Shown here piece by piece: positions 39,071-53,072 of a stretch of 64,000 nucleotides of DNA (the stretch's first letter is position 1; every line of letters starts with the position of its first letter). The translations under genes and the position numbers were made by a program. A model generated the notes under the pieces. That model ran no database searches. It had not been told where the DNA came from and saw nothing but the letters and a program-made list of their open reading frames with translations. The stretch comes from Eledone cirrhosa (Eukaryota), in NCBI GenBank assembly GCA_964016885.1, contig OZ024763.1, positions 19,840,001-19,904,000 on the forward strand, in the 5' to 3' direction.

Positions 39071-42000
39071 ACAACCATCCAACAAACCATCTAACTAACC
39101 AACCAACCAGCCAACCAACCAGCCAACCAACCAGCCAACCAACCATCCAACTAACCAGCCAACCAACCATCCAACTAACTAACCAACCAGCCAACCAACC
39201 ATCCAACCAACCATCCAACTAACCAGCCAACCAACCAGCCAACCAACCATCCAACCAACCAACCAACCAACCATCCAACTAACCAACCAGCCAACCAACC
39301 AACCAACCAACCATCCAACCAACCAACCAACCAACCAACCAACCAACCAACCAACCAACCAACCAACCAACCAACTAACCAACCAACTAACCAACCAACC
39401 AGCCAACCAACCAACCAACCATCCAACCAACCAACCATCCAACTAACCAACCAACCATCCAACTAACCAACCAACCATCCAACCAACCAACCAACCAACC
39501 AACCAACCAACCAACCAGCCAACCAGCCAACCAGCCAACCAACCAACCAGCCAACCAACCAGCCAACCAACCAACCATCCAACTAACCAACCAACCAACC
39601 AACCAGCCAACCAACCATCCAACTAACCAACCAACCAGCCAACCATCCAACTAACCAACCAACCAACCAACCAGCCAACCATCCAACTAACCAACCAACC
39701 AACCATCCAACCAGCCAACCAACCAGCCAACCAACCAACCAACCAACCAACCAACCAGCCAACCAACCATCCAACCAACCAACCAACCAACTAACCAACT
39801 AACCAACCAACCATCCAACCAACTAACCAACCATCCAACTAACCAACCAACCATCCAACCAACCAACCATCCAACTAACCAACCAACCAGCCAACCAACC
39901 ATCCAACCAACCAGCCAATCAACCATCCAACCAACCAACCATCCAACTAACCAACCAACCAACCAACCAACCAAACAGCCAACCAACCATCCAACTAACC
40001 AACCAGCCAACCAACCAGCCAACCAACCATCCAACTAACCAACCAACCAGCCAACCAACCAACCAACCAACCAACCAACTAACCAACCATCCAACTAACC
40101 AACCAACCATCCAACTAACCAACCAACCAGCCAACCAGCCAACCAACCATCCAACCAACCAACCAACCAACCATCCAACTAACCAACCATCCAACCAACC
40201 AACCATCCAACTAACCAACCAACCAACCAACCAGCCAACCAACCATCCAACCAACCAACCAACTAACCAACCATCCAACTAACCAACCATCCAACTAACC
40301 AACCAACCAACCATCCAACTAACCAACCAACCAACCAACCATCCAACCAACCATCCAACCAACCAACCAGCCAACCATCCAACCAGCCAACCAACCAACC
40401 AACCATCCAACTAACCAACCAACCAGCCAAGCAACCAACCATCCAACCAACCAACCAGCCAGTTAACCAACCAACCATCCAACTAACCAACCAACCATCC
40501 AGCCAACCAACCAACCAACCATCCAACTAACCAACCATCCAACTAACCAACCATCCAACTAACCAACCAACCAGCCAACCAACCAACCATCCAACTAACC
40601 AACCAACCAACCAGCCAACCAACCATCCAACCAACCATCCAACCAACCAACCATCCAACTAACCAGCCAACCAACCAACCAACCAGCCAACCAACCATCC
40701 AACTAACCAGCCAACCAACCAACCAACCAACCAACCAACCAACCAACCAACCATCCAACTAACCAACCAACCAGCCAACCAACCATCCAACCAACCAACC
40801 AGCCAACCAACCATCCAACCATCCATCCAACCAACCAGCCAACCATCCAACCAACCAACCAACCAACCAGTTAACCAACCATCCAACTAACCAACCAACC
40901 AGCCAGCCAACCAACCAACCAACCATCCAACTAACCAACCATCCAACTAACCAACCATCCAACTAACCAACCATCCAACTAACCAACCATCCAACTAACC
41001 AACCATCCAACTAACCAACCAACCAGCCAACCAACCAACCAACCAACCATCCAACTAACCAACCATCCAACTAACCAACCAACCAGCCAACCAACCAACC
41101 AACCAACCATCCAACTAACCAACCATCCAACTAACCAACCAACCAGCCAACCAACCAACCAACCAACCATCCAACTAACCAACCATCCAACTAACCAACC
41201 AACCAGCCAACCAACCAACCAACCAACCATCCAACTAACCAACCATCCAACTAACCAACCAACCAGCCAACCAACCAACCAACCAACCATCCAACTAACC
41301 AACCATCCAACTAACCAACCAACCAGCCAACCAACCAACCAACCAACCATCCAACTAACCAACCATCCAACTAACCAACCAACCAGCCAACCAACCAACC
41401 AACCAACCAACCATCCAACTAACCAACCAACCAGCCAACCAACCAACCAACCAACCATCCAACTAACCAACCATCCAACTAACCAACCAACCAGCCAACC
41501 AACCAACCAACCAACCATCCAACTAACCAACCATCCAACTAACCAACCAACCAGCCAACCAACCAACCAACCAACCAACCATCCAACTAACCAACCAACC
41601 AGCCAACCAACCAACCAACCAACCAACCATCCAACTAACCAACCATCCAACTAACCAACCAACCAGCCAACCAACCAACCAACCAACCATCCAACTAACC
41701 AACCATCCAACTAACCAACCAACCAGCCAACCAACCAACCAACCAACCATCCAACCATCCAACTAACCAACCAACCAGCCAACCAACCAACCATCCAACT
41801 AACCAACCAACCAACCAGCCAACCAACCATCAAACCAACCATCCAACCAACCAACCATCCAACTAACCAGCCAACCAACCAACCAGCCAACCAACCATCC
41901 AACCAACCAACCAACCAGCCAACCAACCAACCAACCATCCAACTAACCAACCAACCAGCCAACCAACCATCCAACCAACCAACTAACCAACCATCCAACT

Positions 42001-42655
42001 AACCAACCATCCAACTAACCAACCATCCAACCAACCAACCAACCAACCATCCAACTAACCAACCAACCAACCAACCAACCATCCAACTAACCAGCCAACC
42101 AACCAGCCAACCAACCATCCAACCAACCAACCAACCAACCATCCAACTAACCAACCAACCAGCCATCCATCCAACCAACCAGCCAACCATCCAACCAACC
42201 AACCAACCAGCCAGTTAACCAACCATCCAACTAACCAACCAACCAGCCAGCCAACCAACCAGCCAACCATCCAACTAACCAACCATCCAACTAACCAACC
42301 ATCCAACTAACCAACCATCCAACTAACCAACCAACCAGCCAACCAACCATCCAACTAACCAACCAACCAGCCAGCCAACCAACCATCCAACCAACCATCC
42401 AACCAACCAACCATCCAACTAACCAGCCAACCAGCCAACCAACCAGCCAACCAACCAACCATCCAACTAACCAGCCAACCAGCCAACCAACCAGCCAACC
42501 AACCAACCATCCAACTAACCAACCAACCAGCCAACCAACCAACTAACCAACCATCCAACTAACCAACCAACCAGCCAACCAACCAGCCAACCATCCATTC
42601 ACCCAACCATCCAGCCAACCAACCAGCCACCCAACCAACCATCCAACCAACCAGT
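39071..42655. repeat. (AACC)n tetranucleotide array with AGCC/ATCC/AACT variants, ~3.6 kb
   Basis: Direct reading; exact 60-bp super-period around 41000-41400. Confidence 0.97.
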
Positions 42656-43107
42656 GCACCACCTAATCTATCACATATCACATCAATCAACAGGTATTGA
42701 ACCAACATCTCACCCGTCACAGCCTCCTGGTAGCTCTCCACACTATCACAGTCCCCCCCCCCCCTCACACACATACACTGTCATATAACCCCCCCCCCCC
42801 ACACTATCACAGCCCCCTATACTATCAGTATCAGTCTCTTTCTCAACCGCCTCACTACACTAACACAACCCCTTCTTAGCCTCCACTCTGTCCCTCCCTC
42901 ACATTATCACCCCCCTCCCCCTCCACACTATCTTACCCCCCTCACACTATCATAGCCCTCCCTCACACTATCATACCCCCCTCACACCACTATCATAACC
43001 TCCGCTCACACTATCACAACCTCCCCCCCTCACACCACTATCACCCCCTCCCCCCTTCTACCACTACCACAGCCACTTCACCCAGTTGTCAAAGCATCAA
43101 TACAACA

Positions 43108-43435
43108 CAGCCTCACAGTATTTACTGTAATACAGATATCATATTTATCACACAGTTATCACACCTCAAATATAATCACAGCCTCACAGATATCACAGTA
43201 TTTACTGTAATACAGATATCATATTTATCACACAGTTATCACACCTCAAATATAATCACAGCCTCACAGATATCACAGTATTTACTGTAATACAGATATC
43301 ATATTTATCACACAGTTATCACACCTCAAATATAATCACAGCCTCACAGATATCAGAGTATTTACTGTAATACAGATATCATATTTATCACACACATATC
43401 ATTTTTATCACACAGTCATCATATTTATCACACAG
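43108..43435. repeat. 80-bp tandem repeat, ~4 copies
   Basis: GCCTCACAGA at 43181, 43261, 43341. Confidence 0.9.
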
Positions 43436-43582
43436 TTGCCGTACGTCAAACATAGTATATCGCCGTCAATTATCACACGATCTTCTAGTCTCATTAAGTG
43501 ATATATTAGCTTCCTTCATAGTTACCATACAACAACACCACACTGACAAACTCTGCCTTGTCATTTTGTCACCTCTCTTGGA

Positions 43583-43836
43583 ATCATCACCACCACCACC
43601 ACCATCACTACCATCACTACCATCATCACCATCATCATCACCACCACCATCACCATCATCACTACCATCACCATCATCACTACCATCATCACCACCACCA
43701 CCACCATCATCACTACCATCACCATCATCACCACCATCATCACCACCACCACCACCACCACCATCATCACCATCACCACCACCATCATCACCATCATCAT
43801 CATCACCACCACCATCATCACCATCATCATCATCAT
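43583..43836. repeat. (CAC/CAT)n microsatellite
   Basis: Direct reading. Confidence 0.95.
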
Positions 43837-44039
43837 TAATATTATGTGAAACTCTCTCTCTCTCAATTCTGCTTCTTACCTGATATCTTGTCGAGAGTCA
43901 ACCTGACACCAGGGGAGGCAAAATTTGGCAATTTAACAATCAAATGGCACACAAATGATACCACAAGGGCACAAACAAAAGAGTAAATGACACTGCAAGG
44001 TATTTAAATTGATATTATTGTTGTTGTTGTTGTTGTTGT

Positions 44040-44280
44040 TATTATAATTATTTCTTCATTTATCTTGCTTTATGTTCATACGAGTTATCACCAAGTCACA
44101 ACCAGTGACCTCAACTGACCACAAGGTCTGCCATGTTCAAGAAAGAACACATACATACATGTATCTTTAGGTGTTTAGACTTGTGATGTATTTTTATTGA
44201 CAGAATCTTCCTTAGTATATGGCCATTAGTACTATCTTTTGTTTTTCTTCTATACGCAGATTTCCTGGGATTTGGGATAA
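44040..44280 (-). mobile_element. Dong/R4-like LINE 3' end remnant
   Basis: Frameshifted IPGNLRIEE..QKIVLM..HILRKILS on minus. Confidence 0.5.
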
Positions 44281-44430
44281 GTAATCATCATTATTATTAT
44301 TAAGTAATCATCATTATTATTATTAAGTAATCATCATTATTATTATTTATTTATTTATTTTTTCATCTTTTGTTTTTGTTTTCTATTATATACACGCAGA
44401 AACCAATATTTGTACCATTCTGTGCTGTCC

Positions 44431-44798
44431 TTAACCCTTTAACATTTACATTACTCTATATTTACTATTGTATTTTCCTGGTAAAGGCTTTACCTCACAC
44501 CTTAACCCTTTACCATTTACATTATTCTATATATACTATTATATTTTAACAGTAAAGGCTTTACCTCACACTTTAACCTTTAGTATTTACATTACTCTAT
44601 ATATTTATTGTATTTTTGTGGTAAAGGCTTTACCTCATATAATTATCTCACATAATATCGAATCTATGAGATTTTGATATTATTTATTTTGAAAACAATA
44701 ACTTAACATCAGTATGAGTGGTTAGTTACAGCTGGTTTGAACTGAAAGTGTGAGAGAATTCTGACCGGTTACAGCCTGTTTAAATGCTAAAGGGTTAA
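44431..44798. mobile_element. piggyBac-type MITE with triplicated 71-bp left end
   Basis: TTAA|CCCTTTAACATTTAC ... TAAATGCTAAAGGG|TTAA; left end repeated at 44431, 44502, 44573. Confidence 0.85.
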
Positions 44799-44834
44799 TG
44801 TATTTTTTGTAAACACTTTTTGGGTTATAAAACC

Positions 44835-46130
44835 ACGCCGACGTTAGCTTTGCCTTTCGTCCTTACATGGTCGATAAAGTAAAGTACCTGTAACACACTG
44901 GGGTCGATTTAATCGATTTTCCCCTCTCCCTTTCAAATTCTACTAACCTTCTACTAACTGCCTTGTGACCAAAGTAGAAATTATTATTATTATTTTTATT
45001 GTTTTTTCCTTTTCCTTCAGTATTGTTTCTAATATATGCTGAGTGTCTTCCTGACACCTAGGGCAATAAACCCACTGTATACATTGGTAAGCTAGTGAAC
45101 ACACCACATTGAATATAATTTACAGCTTTAAAAAAAAAAAATTATTATTATTATTGTTTTTCATCTTCCTCTTCAGTTTTGTTTCCATTTTTTATCTGTA
45201 TGTCTTTGCGACCCCTGGGGTAGAGAAACTCCCAGCAATACATTGATATAAGCCACAAAACTAAACACACCAGATTATTCACATCACACTTTACACAGTT
45301 ACAAGTATATTATTTGCTTTATACATACATGTGAACAATATCTGTTAGAATTAATCTATAGACAGTGGATTGACAGTAATCGGTAGAGCGTCAGACATCA
45401 TGCTTTGTGGCATAGAGTTATGGCCCTTTACGTTCTGAGTTCAAATCCCACTGAGGTTAGCTCTACCTTTTAACCTTACGGTGTCGATATAATATAGTAC
45501 CAGTAATACACTGGGGTTGATTTAATTGACTTTCCCCTCCCTCCCCCCCAAAAAAAATTGTTGGCCTTGCGTCTAAACCAGAAACTAATCCTGCCGGGGT
45601 TAGCTTTACTTTTCATCCTTACGGGGTCGATATAATAAAGTACCAGTAATACACTGGGGTCGATTTAATTAACATTCCCCACTTCCCTTCAAATTGCTGG
45701 CCTTGTACCTAAATGTAGAAACCTTTATTATTATTGTTGTTGTTACTACTGCTATTGTTATTTGCTCTGGTAGTTTCTGGCAAGTTTCTACAGGTGCCTT
45801 TGGTACCCCTCTATGTCCCTTAGGGGTGTGCAGTATTGTGTGTTCCTATCATTCCTTGGGGAATTGGGATTGGATGAGTAATAGACCCTAGACCCTTCCT
45901 GTTTATTACACTGCTGCATTTGACTTGCTTTTTATTTTGTTAAGGGAGTTTAACTTCTGGTAGTTCCTTGTGATTATTAATATTATTATACACCAAGGCT
46001 TGCTTTGCTTTTCATCCTTATGGTATTGATACAAAATAGTACCAGTCACGCACTGGGATAGATTTAATCAACTTTCTTCTCCCCCTTTCCCCAAAAAATT
46101 TGCTGGCCTTGTACCTAAATCAGAAACCAT
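44835..46130 (+). mobile_element. Cluster of Octopus-type SINE copies/fragments
   Basis: Four occurrences of the AGTACC...CACTGGG...GATTTAAT body; full head at 45360. Confidence 0.75.
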
Positions 46131-46349
46131 TATTATTATTATTATTATTATTCATTTTACGTCTGCTCTTCCCTGCTTGCAAGGGTGGGACGGGTCTTAT
46201 TCAGCACAGCATCTCTCCACTTGTCACGGTCCTTCGTCATCTCCACCGTGAGCTTCAGCAATCTGAGGTCTGTTCTCACCACCTCCGCCCATGTTTTTCG
46301 TGGTCTACCTCTACAACATCTTCCTTCAACTGGCAGAGCATTTATAATG

Positions 46350-46560
46350 CTTTTACTCTGACAGATTTTATTCCGACATTATACCAAGAAGAGCGATCTA
46401 TAGCCAGTGGACAAAAGTCCTTTGAGTCATTTCTACAACTTTCTTAAACCTTTCTTCGAATCCTTGCTGTTCCTATCAAGGCTGTTTTCTGCCACAATCC
46501 TGTCCTCGTGGTAATTTCTAACTTCTTAATCCATTCATTCAACCTTTTACTAACTGATTC
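46350..46560 (-). mobile_element. Dong/R4-like LINE 3' end
   Basis: LNEWIKKLEITTRTGLWQKTALIGTARIRRKV. Confidence 0.65.
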
Positions 46561-46597
46561 TTAACTTATCATCATCATCATCATCATTATTATTATT

Positions 46598-47046
46598 AAC
46601 TAGCAGAAAAACCGCCTGAAGGGTGGTTTTCTGCTAACATATGTAGTGTGCATATTGATATTATATGTAAATATATATACATGTAGATATACTACGTCAA
46701 ATAAAATTGTAATTGACAATATGCACAGAAATTGAAGAGAGACTGTGTTACACTGTCTTCTCTAATCAGTAAAGTAATCCATGATACATTTAAAAAAGAC
46801 AATACTATATATAAACTGCATCATGGTGTACTGATATTTGAACATTTTTAAATAAGTGAATCTTAAAATAAGCAATCATTATATATAAGAATATTTATGT
46901 TTAATCAACAGCTACAAAATTTAGTAGATAAATTATGTAATATTCATTCATTATTTATTCAAAGTAGTCCAACTTATTTTAATAAAGGAATAAAAAAAAT
47001 ACATTGAAGACGCAGTCCCACACTCCTCCATTTATTATATTATGAT
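46598..47046 (+). mobile_element. Possible Helentron-like non-autonomous element
   Basis: 5' ACTAG plus hairpin TAGCAGAAAA..CCGCC/GGTGG..TTTTCTGCTA; 3' TTTATTATATTATGAT. Confidence 0.35.
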
Positions 47047-47059
47047 AGTAACAGTTTTG

Positions 47060-50000
47060 CTCTGGTAGATATTATACCAAGACAATACTATAAGGAACAA
47101 ACCATAAACCAAGTGCCAAAGGTCATTGGGTCATTCTTTCTCCTTCAACTTTCTAGCACCTTCCTTAGAATCCTTACTGTTCCTAGAGAGGTTGTTTTTC
47201 TGCAACAATCTCATCCTGTTGGTAATTCCAAGCTTCTCAAGCCAGGTATACAGTATTTTACTAACTGCTCCCAGTGTACCAACCACAGTTGGTACCACTT
47301 CTACATGTCCAACCTTCTACTAACTGTTCCCAGTGTACCAACCACACTTGGTACCACTTCTACATGTCCAACCTTCTACTAACTGTTCCCAGTGTACCAA
47401 CCACAGTTGGTACCACTTCTACATGTCCAACCTTCTACTAACTGTTCCCAGTGTACCAACCACACTTGGTACCACTTCTACATGTCCAACCTTCTACTAA
47501 CTGTTCCCAGTGTACCAACCACACTTGGTACCACTTCTACATGTCCAACCTTCTACTAACTGTTCCCAGTGTACCAACCACAGTTGGTACCACTTCTACA
47601 TGTCCAACCTTCTACTAACTGTTCCCAGTGTACCAACCACACTTGGTACCACTTCTACATGTCCAACCTTCTACTAACTGTTCCCAGTGTACCAACCACA
47701 GTTGGTACCACTTCTACATGTCCAACCTTCTACTAACTGCTCCCAGTGTACCAACCACACTTGGTACCACTTCTACATGTCCAACCTTTTACTAACTGTT
47801 CCCAGTGTACCAACCACAGTTGGTACCACTTCTACATGTCCAACCTTCTACTAACTGTTCCCAGTGTACCAACCACACTTGGTACCACTTCTACATGTCC
47901 AACCTTCTACTAACTGCTCCCAGTGTACCAACCACAGTTGGTACCACTTCTACATGTCCAACCTTCTACTAACTGTTCCCAGTGAACCAACCACACTTGG
48001 TACCACTTCTACATGTCCAACCTTCTACTAACTGTTCCCAGTGTACCAACCACAATTGGTACCACTTCTACATGTCCAACCTTCTACTAACTGTTCCCAG
48101 TATACCAACCACACTTGGTACCACTTCTACATGTCCAACCTTCTACTAACTGTTCCCAGTGTACCAACCACAATTGGTACCACTTCTACATGTCCAACCT
48201 TCTACTAACTGTTCCCAGTGTACCAACCACAATTGGTACCACTTCTACATGTCCAACCTTCTACTAACTGTTCCCAGTGTACCAACCACACTTGGTACCA
48301 CTTCTACATGTCCAACCTTTTACTAATTGTTCCCAGTGTACCAACCACAGTTGGTACCACTTCTACATGTCCAACCTTCTACTAACTGTTCCCAGTGTAC
48401 CAACCACACTTGGTACCACTTCTACATGTCCAACCTTCTACTAACTGTTCCCAGTGTACCAACCACAGTTGGTACCACTTCTACATGTCCAACCTTCTAC
48501 TAACTGCTCCCAGTGTACCAACCACACTTGGTACCACTTCTACATGTCCAACCTTTTACTAACTGTTCCCAGTGTACCAACCACAGTTGGTACCACTTCT
48601 ACATGTCCAACCTTCTACTAACTGTTCCCAGTGTACCAACCACACTTGGTACCACTTCTACATGTCCAACCTTCTACTAACTGCTCCCAGTGTACCAACC
48701 ACAGTTGGTACCACTTCTACATGTCCAACCTTCTACTAACTGTTCCCAGTGAACCAACCACACTTGGTACCACTTCTACATGTCCAACCTTCTACTAACT
48801 GTTCCCAGTGTACCAACCACAATTGGTACCACTTCTACATGTCCAACCTTCTACTAACTGTTCCCAGTATACCAACCACACTTGGTACCACTTCTACATG
48901 TCCAACCTTCTACTAACTGTTCCCAGTGTACCAACCACAATTGGTACCACTTCTACATGTCCAACCTTCTACTAACTGTTCCCAGTGTACCAACCACAAT
49001 TGGTACCACTTCTACATGTCCAACCTTCTACTAACTGTTCCCAGTGTACCAACCACACTTGGTACCACTTCTACATGTCCAACCTTTTACTAATTGTTCC
49101 CAGTGTACCAACCACAGTTGGTACCACTTCTACATGTCCAACCTTCTACTAACTGTTCCCAGTGTACCAACCACACTTGGTACCACTTCTACATGTCCAA
49201 CCTTCTACTAACTGCTCCCAGTGTACCAACCACAATTGGTACCACTTCTACATGTCCAACCTTCTACTAACTGTTCCCAGTGTACCAACCACAATTGGTA
49301 CCACTTCTACATGTCCAACTTTCTACTAACTGCTCCCAGTGTACCAACCACAATTGGTACCACTTCTACATGTCCAACCTTCTACTAACTGTTCCCAGTG
49401 TACCAACCACACTTGGTACCACTTCTACATGTCCAACCTTCTACTAACTGCTCCCAGTGTACCAACCACAATTGGTACCACTTCTACATGTCCAACCTTC
49501 TACTAACTGTTCCCAGTGTACCAACCACAATTGGTACCACTTCTACATGTCCAACTTTCTACTAACTGCTCCCAGTGTACCAACCACAATTGGTACCACT
49601 TCTACATGTCCAACCTTCTACTAACTGTTCCCAGTGTACCAACCACACTTGGTACCACTTCTACATGTCCAACCTTCTACTAACTGCTCCCAGTGTACCA
49701 ACCACAATTGGTACCACTTCTACATGTCCAACCTTCTACTAACTGTTCCCAGTGTACCAACCACAATTGGTACCACTTCTACATGTCCAACTTTCTACTA
49801 ACTGCTCCCAGTGTACCAACCACAATTGGTACCACTTCTACATGTCCAACCTTCTACTAACTGTTCCCAGTGTACCAACCACACTTGGTACCACTTCTAC
49901 ATGTCCAACCTTCTACTAACTGCTCCCAGTGTACCAACCACAATTGGTACCACTTCTACATGTCCAACCTTCTACTAACTGTTCCCAGTGTACCAACCAC

Positions 50001-50495
50001 AATTGGTACCACTTCTACATGTCCAACTTTCTACTAACTGCTCCCAGTGTACCAACCACAATTGGTACCACTTCTACATGTCCAACCTTCTACTAACTGT
50101 TCCCAGTGTACCAACCACAATTGGTACCACTTCTACATGTCCAACCTTCTACTAACTGTTCCCAGTGTACCAACCACAATTGGTACCACTTCTACATGTC
50201 CAACTTTCTACTAACTGCTCCCAGTGTACCAACCACAATTGGTACCACTTCTACATGTCCAACCTTCTACTAACTGTTCCCAGTGTACCAACCACAATTG
50301 GTACCACTTCTACATGTCCAACCTTCTACTAACTGTGTACCAACCACAATTGGTACCACTTCTACATGTCCAACCTTCTACTAACTGTGTACCAACCACA
50401 GTTACTATCACTTTTATGTCTCTGATTTTCCATAGTTTCCTGGTTTCTCACTTCAACTCTTGATATTTCTCAACTTTTTATTCTCATTTTATTGT
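47060..50495 (-). mobile_element. Dong/R4-clade LINE 3' fragment interrupted by its own expanded minisatellite
   Basis: VEKYQELK*ETRKLWKIRDIKVIVTVVGT (50480-50390) ... EVVPTVVGTLGAVSK...WLEKLG...LLQK..LGTVRILRKVLES* (47300-47145). Confidence 0.75.
47260..50400. repeat. 59-bp minisatellite, ~53 copies
   Basis: Unit CCAGTGTACCAACCACAGTTGGTACCACTTCTACATGTCCAACCTTCTACTAACTGTTC (47271 to 47330). Confidence 0.97.
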
Positions 50496-50781
50496 TATCA
50501 TCATCATCACCATCATCTGCTACATCATCTTCATCGTCATCATCATCAACAATAACAGCAAGCAATATCACCATCATCAATATCATCATCATCTTCATCA
50601 ACAATAGCACCACCACTACCACCACCAACAACAACAAGAGAAACAACACCAGCACCATCATCACCAACAATAGCATCGTTATCACCATCTACATCAACAA
50701 CAACAACAACAACAGCAGCGACAACAGCAACATCGTCATCATTCAACAGGAGTGCTGTCTGCTCTACCGGAAGATTCCGTG

Positions 50782-51101
50782 ATGAGCAAATGCTGCGTAC
50801 AACTTTCGCCGGACGGCAGTAAGACAATGACAAGCATTGTGGAACCATTCCCGAGTATGACCAACGACAAAGGAACTCCATCGACCCAGCCTCCACCGGC
50901 ACCACCACTGGCACCATTTGTCGGCCATTGTCAATGGGAAGGAGAACCAAAAGGCGGAAATCTGCCTCCTTTGTCCGAGAAACAGGAGAAGACTGGGAAA
51001 ACTGAGTGTAAATCATTTGGAGAATTGTGGCTGGAATTTACAGGCAACTGTACATTACATGGAATAAGATATATTTGGAATGGTGACTTTATTATTCGGA
51101 G
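50782..51101 (+). CDS. N-terminal coding exon of a DEG/ENaC family (ASIC/FaNaC-like) amiloride-sensitive sodium channel
   Basis: FGELWLEFTGNCTLHGIRYIWNGDFIIRR matches the pre-TM1 F...(T/S)xHG motif; donor AG|GTAAG after 51101 (phase 2); candidate acceptor CAG at 50747-49; first ATG 50782 (start uncertain). Confidence 0.85.
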
Positions 51102-51554
51102 GTAAGAATTCTTTACTCAATATCCTTTTTTTTTTTTATAAAAGACATAATTTTGAAAATAATCTGTTTTTTCCTCATTTGTAATTAAGTTCTTTTTCTC
51201 TCTCATTTTACCATATTTCTTATGGAAGAGAATTTTGAAAATAATCCTGTTTTATTTTTTTCTCACTTCTTACTAAGTTCTTTTTTTCTCTCTTTTGTTT
51301 TACCATATTTCTTATAAAAGACATAATTTTGAAAATAATCTCATTTTTTCCTCAATTCTTATCAAGTTCTTTTTTCTCCCTTGTTTTACCACATTTTTTT
51401 ATGGAAGACAATTTTGAAAATAATCCTGTTTTTTTCTTTCTTTTTACTACTGGATATACTTGAATATAAGTACCCCCAATCCCAATTTTTCTTTGGTCAC
51501 ATATTCCTTGACTTATATTCAAGTAAGTCTTATTTTCTCTAGTTTAACCATAAT

Positions 51555-51664
51555 TTCTTCCTTTCTTTCTTCCTGCCCTCCTTCCTTCCTTTTTTCTTTC
51601 TTCCTTTCTTTCTCTCTCTCTCTCTCTCTTTCTCTTTCCCTTTCTTTCTTTCTTTCTCTCTCTT

Positions 51665-51695
<31 letters not shown>

Positions 51696-51940
51696 TTCTC
51701 TCTTTCGTTATTCCTTTCCTTCTCTCTTTCTTTCTTTCTTTCTCTCTTTCTTTCTTCCTGCCCTCCTTCCTTCCTTTTTTCTTTCTTCCTTTCTTCCTTT
51801 CTTCCTTTCTTTCTCTCTCTCCCTTTCTTTCTTTCTCTCTCTCTTTCTTTCTTTCTCTTTCTTTTTCTCTTTCGTTATTCCTTTCTTTCTCTCTTTCTCT
51901 CTCTTTTCCCTTTCTTTCTTTCTTTCTTTCTTTCTTTGTC
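51555..51940. repeat. (TC/TTTC)n polypyrimidine microsatellite
   Basis: Direct reading. Confidence 0.9.
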
Positions 51941-51980
51941 AAGACAAGGCAGGCTTTGTGAAAATGTGTGAAACACTTGA

Positions 51981-52192
51981 TCAACCCTTTACATTACTCT
52001 ATATATACTATTATATTTTCACCATAAAGACTTTACCTTACATAATTATCTCACATAATATCAAATCTATGAGATTTTGATATTTATTTTGAGAACAATA
52101 CCTTAACATGAGTGGCCAGTTACAGCCGGTTTAAACAGAAAGAGGTGAGAGTATTCTGGCTGGATATGGTCGGTTTAAATGCTAAAGGGTTA
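51981..52192. mobile_element. piggyBac-type MITE
   Basis: AACCCTTTACATTACTC ... TTTAAATGCTAAAGGGTTA. Confidence 0.75.
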
Positions 52193-52357
52193 GATGATGA
52201 TGATGGTGATGGTGATGCTTCTTCTTCTTCTTTGAGTCTCAGTCATTGATGTTATTTAACTGGAAAGTTTGTTGAAATGAATATCAAGCCGCTACCTGCA
52301 GCCTCAGATATTCAGGACGTATCGGGGGGTTCTTGATGTTTGCTGGGAACAGCAAAC

Positions 52358-53039
52358 AATAATAATAATAATTGTTTCTACTTTTGGCACAAGGACAGCA
52401 ATTATCCCAGTACATTACTGGTACTTTATTTTATCGACCCCGTAAGGATGAAAGGCAAAGTTAACCTCGGCGGGATTTGAACTCAGAATGGCAAGGGCCG
52501 TAACTCGATGCTGCAAAGCATGGTATATAATAATAATAATAATAATTGTTTCTACTTTTGGCACAAGGCCAGCAATTACCCAGTGTATTACTGGTACTTT
52601 ATTTCATCGACCCCGTAAGGATGAAAGGCAAAGTTAACCTCGGCGGGATTTGAACTCAGAATGGCAAGGGCCGTAACTCGATGCTGCAAAGCATGGCATA
52701 TAATAATAATAATAATTGTTTCTACTTTTGGCACAAGGTTACTGGTACTTTATTTTATCCACCCTGTAAGGATGAAAGGCAAAGTTAACCTCGGCGGGAT
52801 TTGAACTCAGATCATAAAGGGACGTAACTCTATGCTTCAAAGCATAATAATTGTTTCTACTTTTGGCACAAGGCCAGCAATTATCCCAGTGCATTACTGG
52901 TACTTTATTTTATCGATCCTGTAAGGATGAAAGGCAAAGTTAACCTCGGCGGGATTTGAACTGAGAATGGCAAGGGCAGTAACTCTATGCGTCAAAGCAT
53001 GGCGTCCGACCCTCTACCGGTACTGCCAATCCACCACCC

Positions 53040-53072
<33 letters not shown>

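Noticed and set aside
36923-42774. YI/MY-rich and GWLV-repeat ORFs
   Set aside because: Translations of (TA)n and (AACC)n arrays
43558-43883. Poly-His ORF
   Set aside because: (CAC/CAT)n microsatellite
47260-50400. CRISPR-like array
   Set aside because: Head-to-tail near-identical units with no spacers; derived from LINE coding sequence
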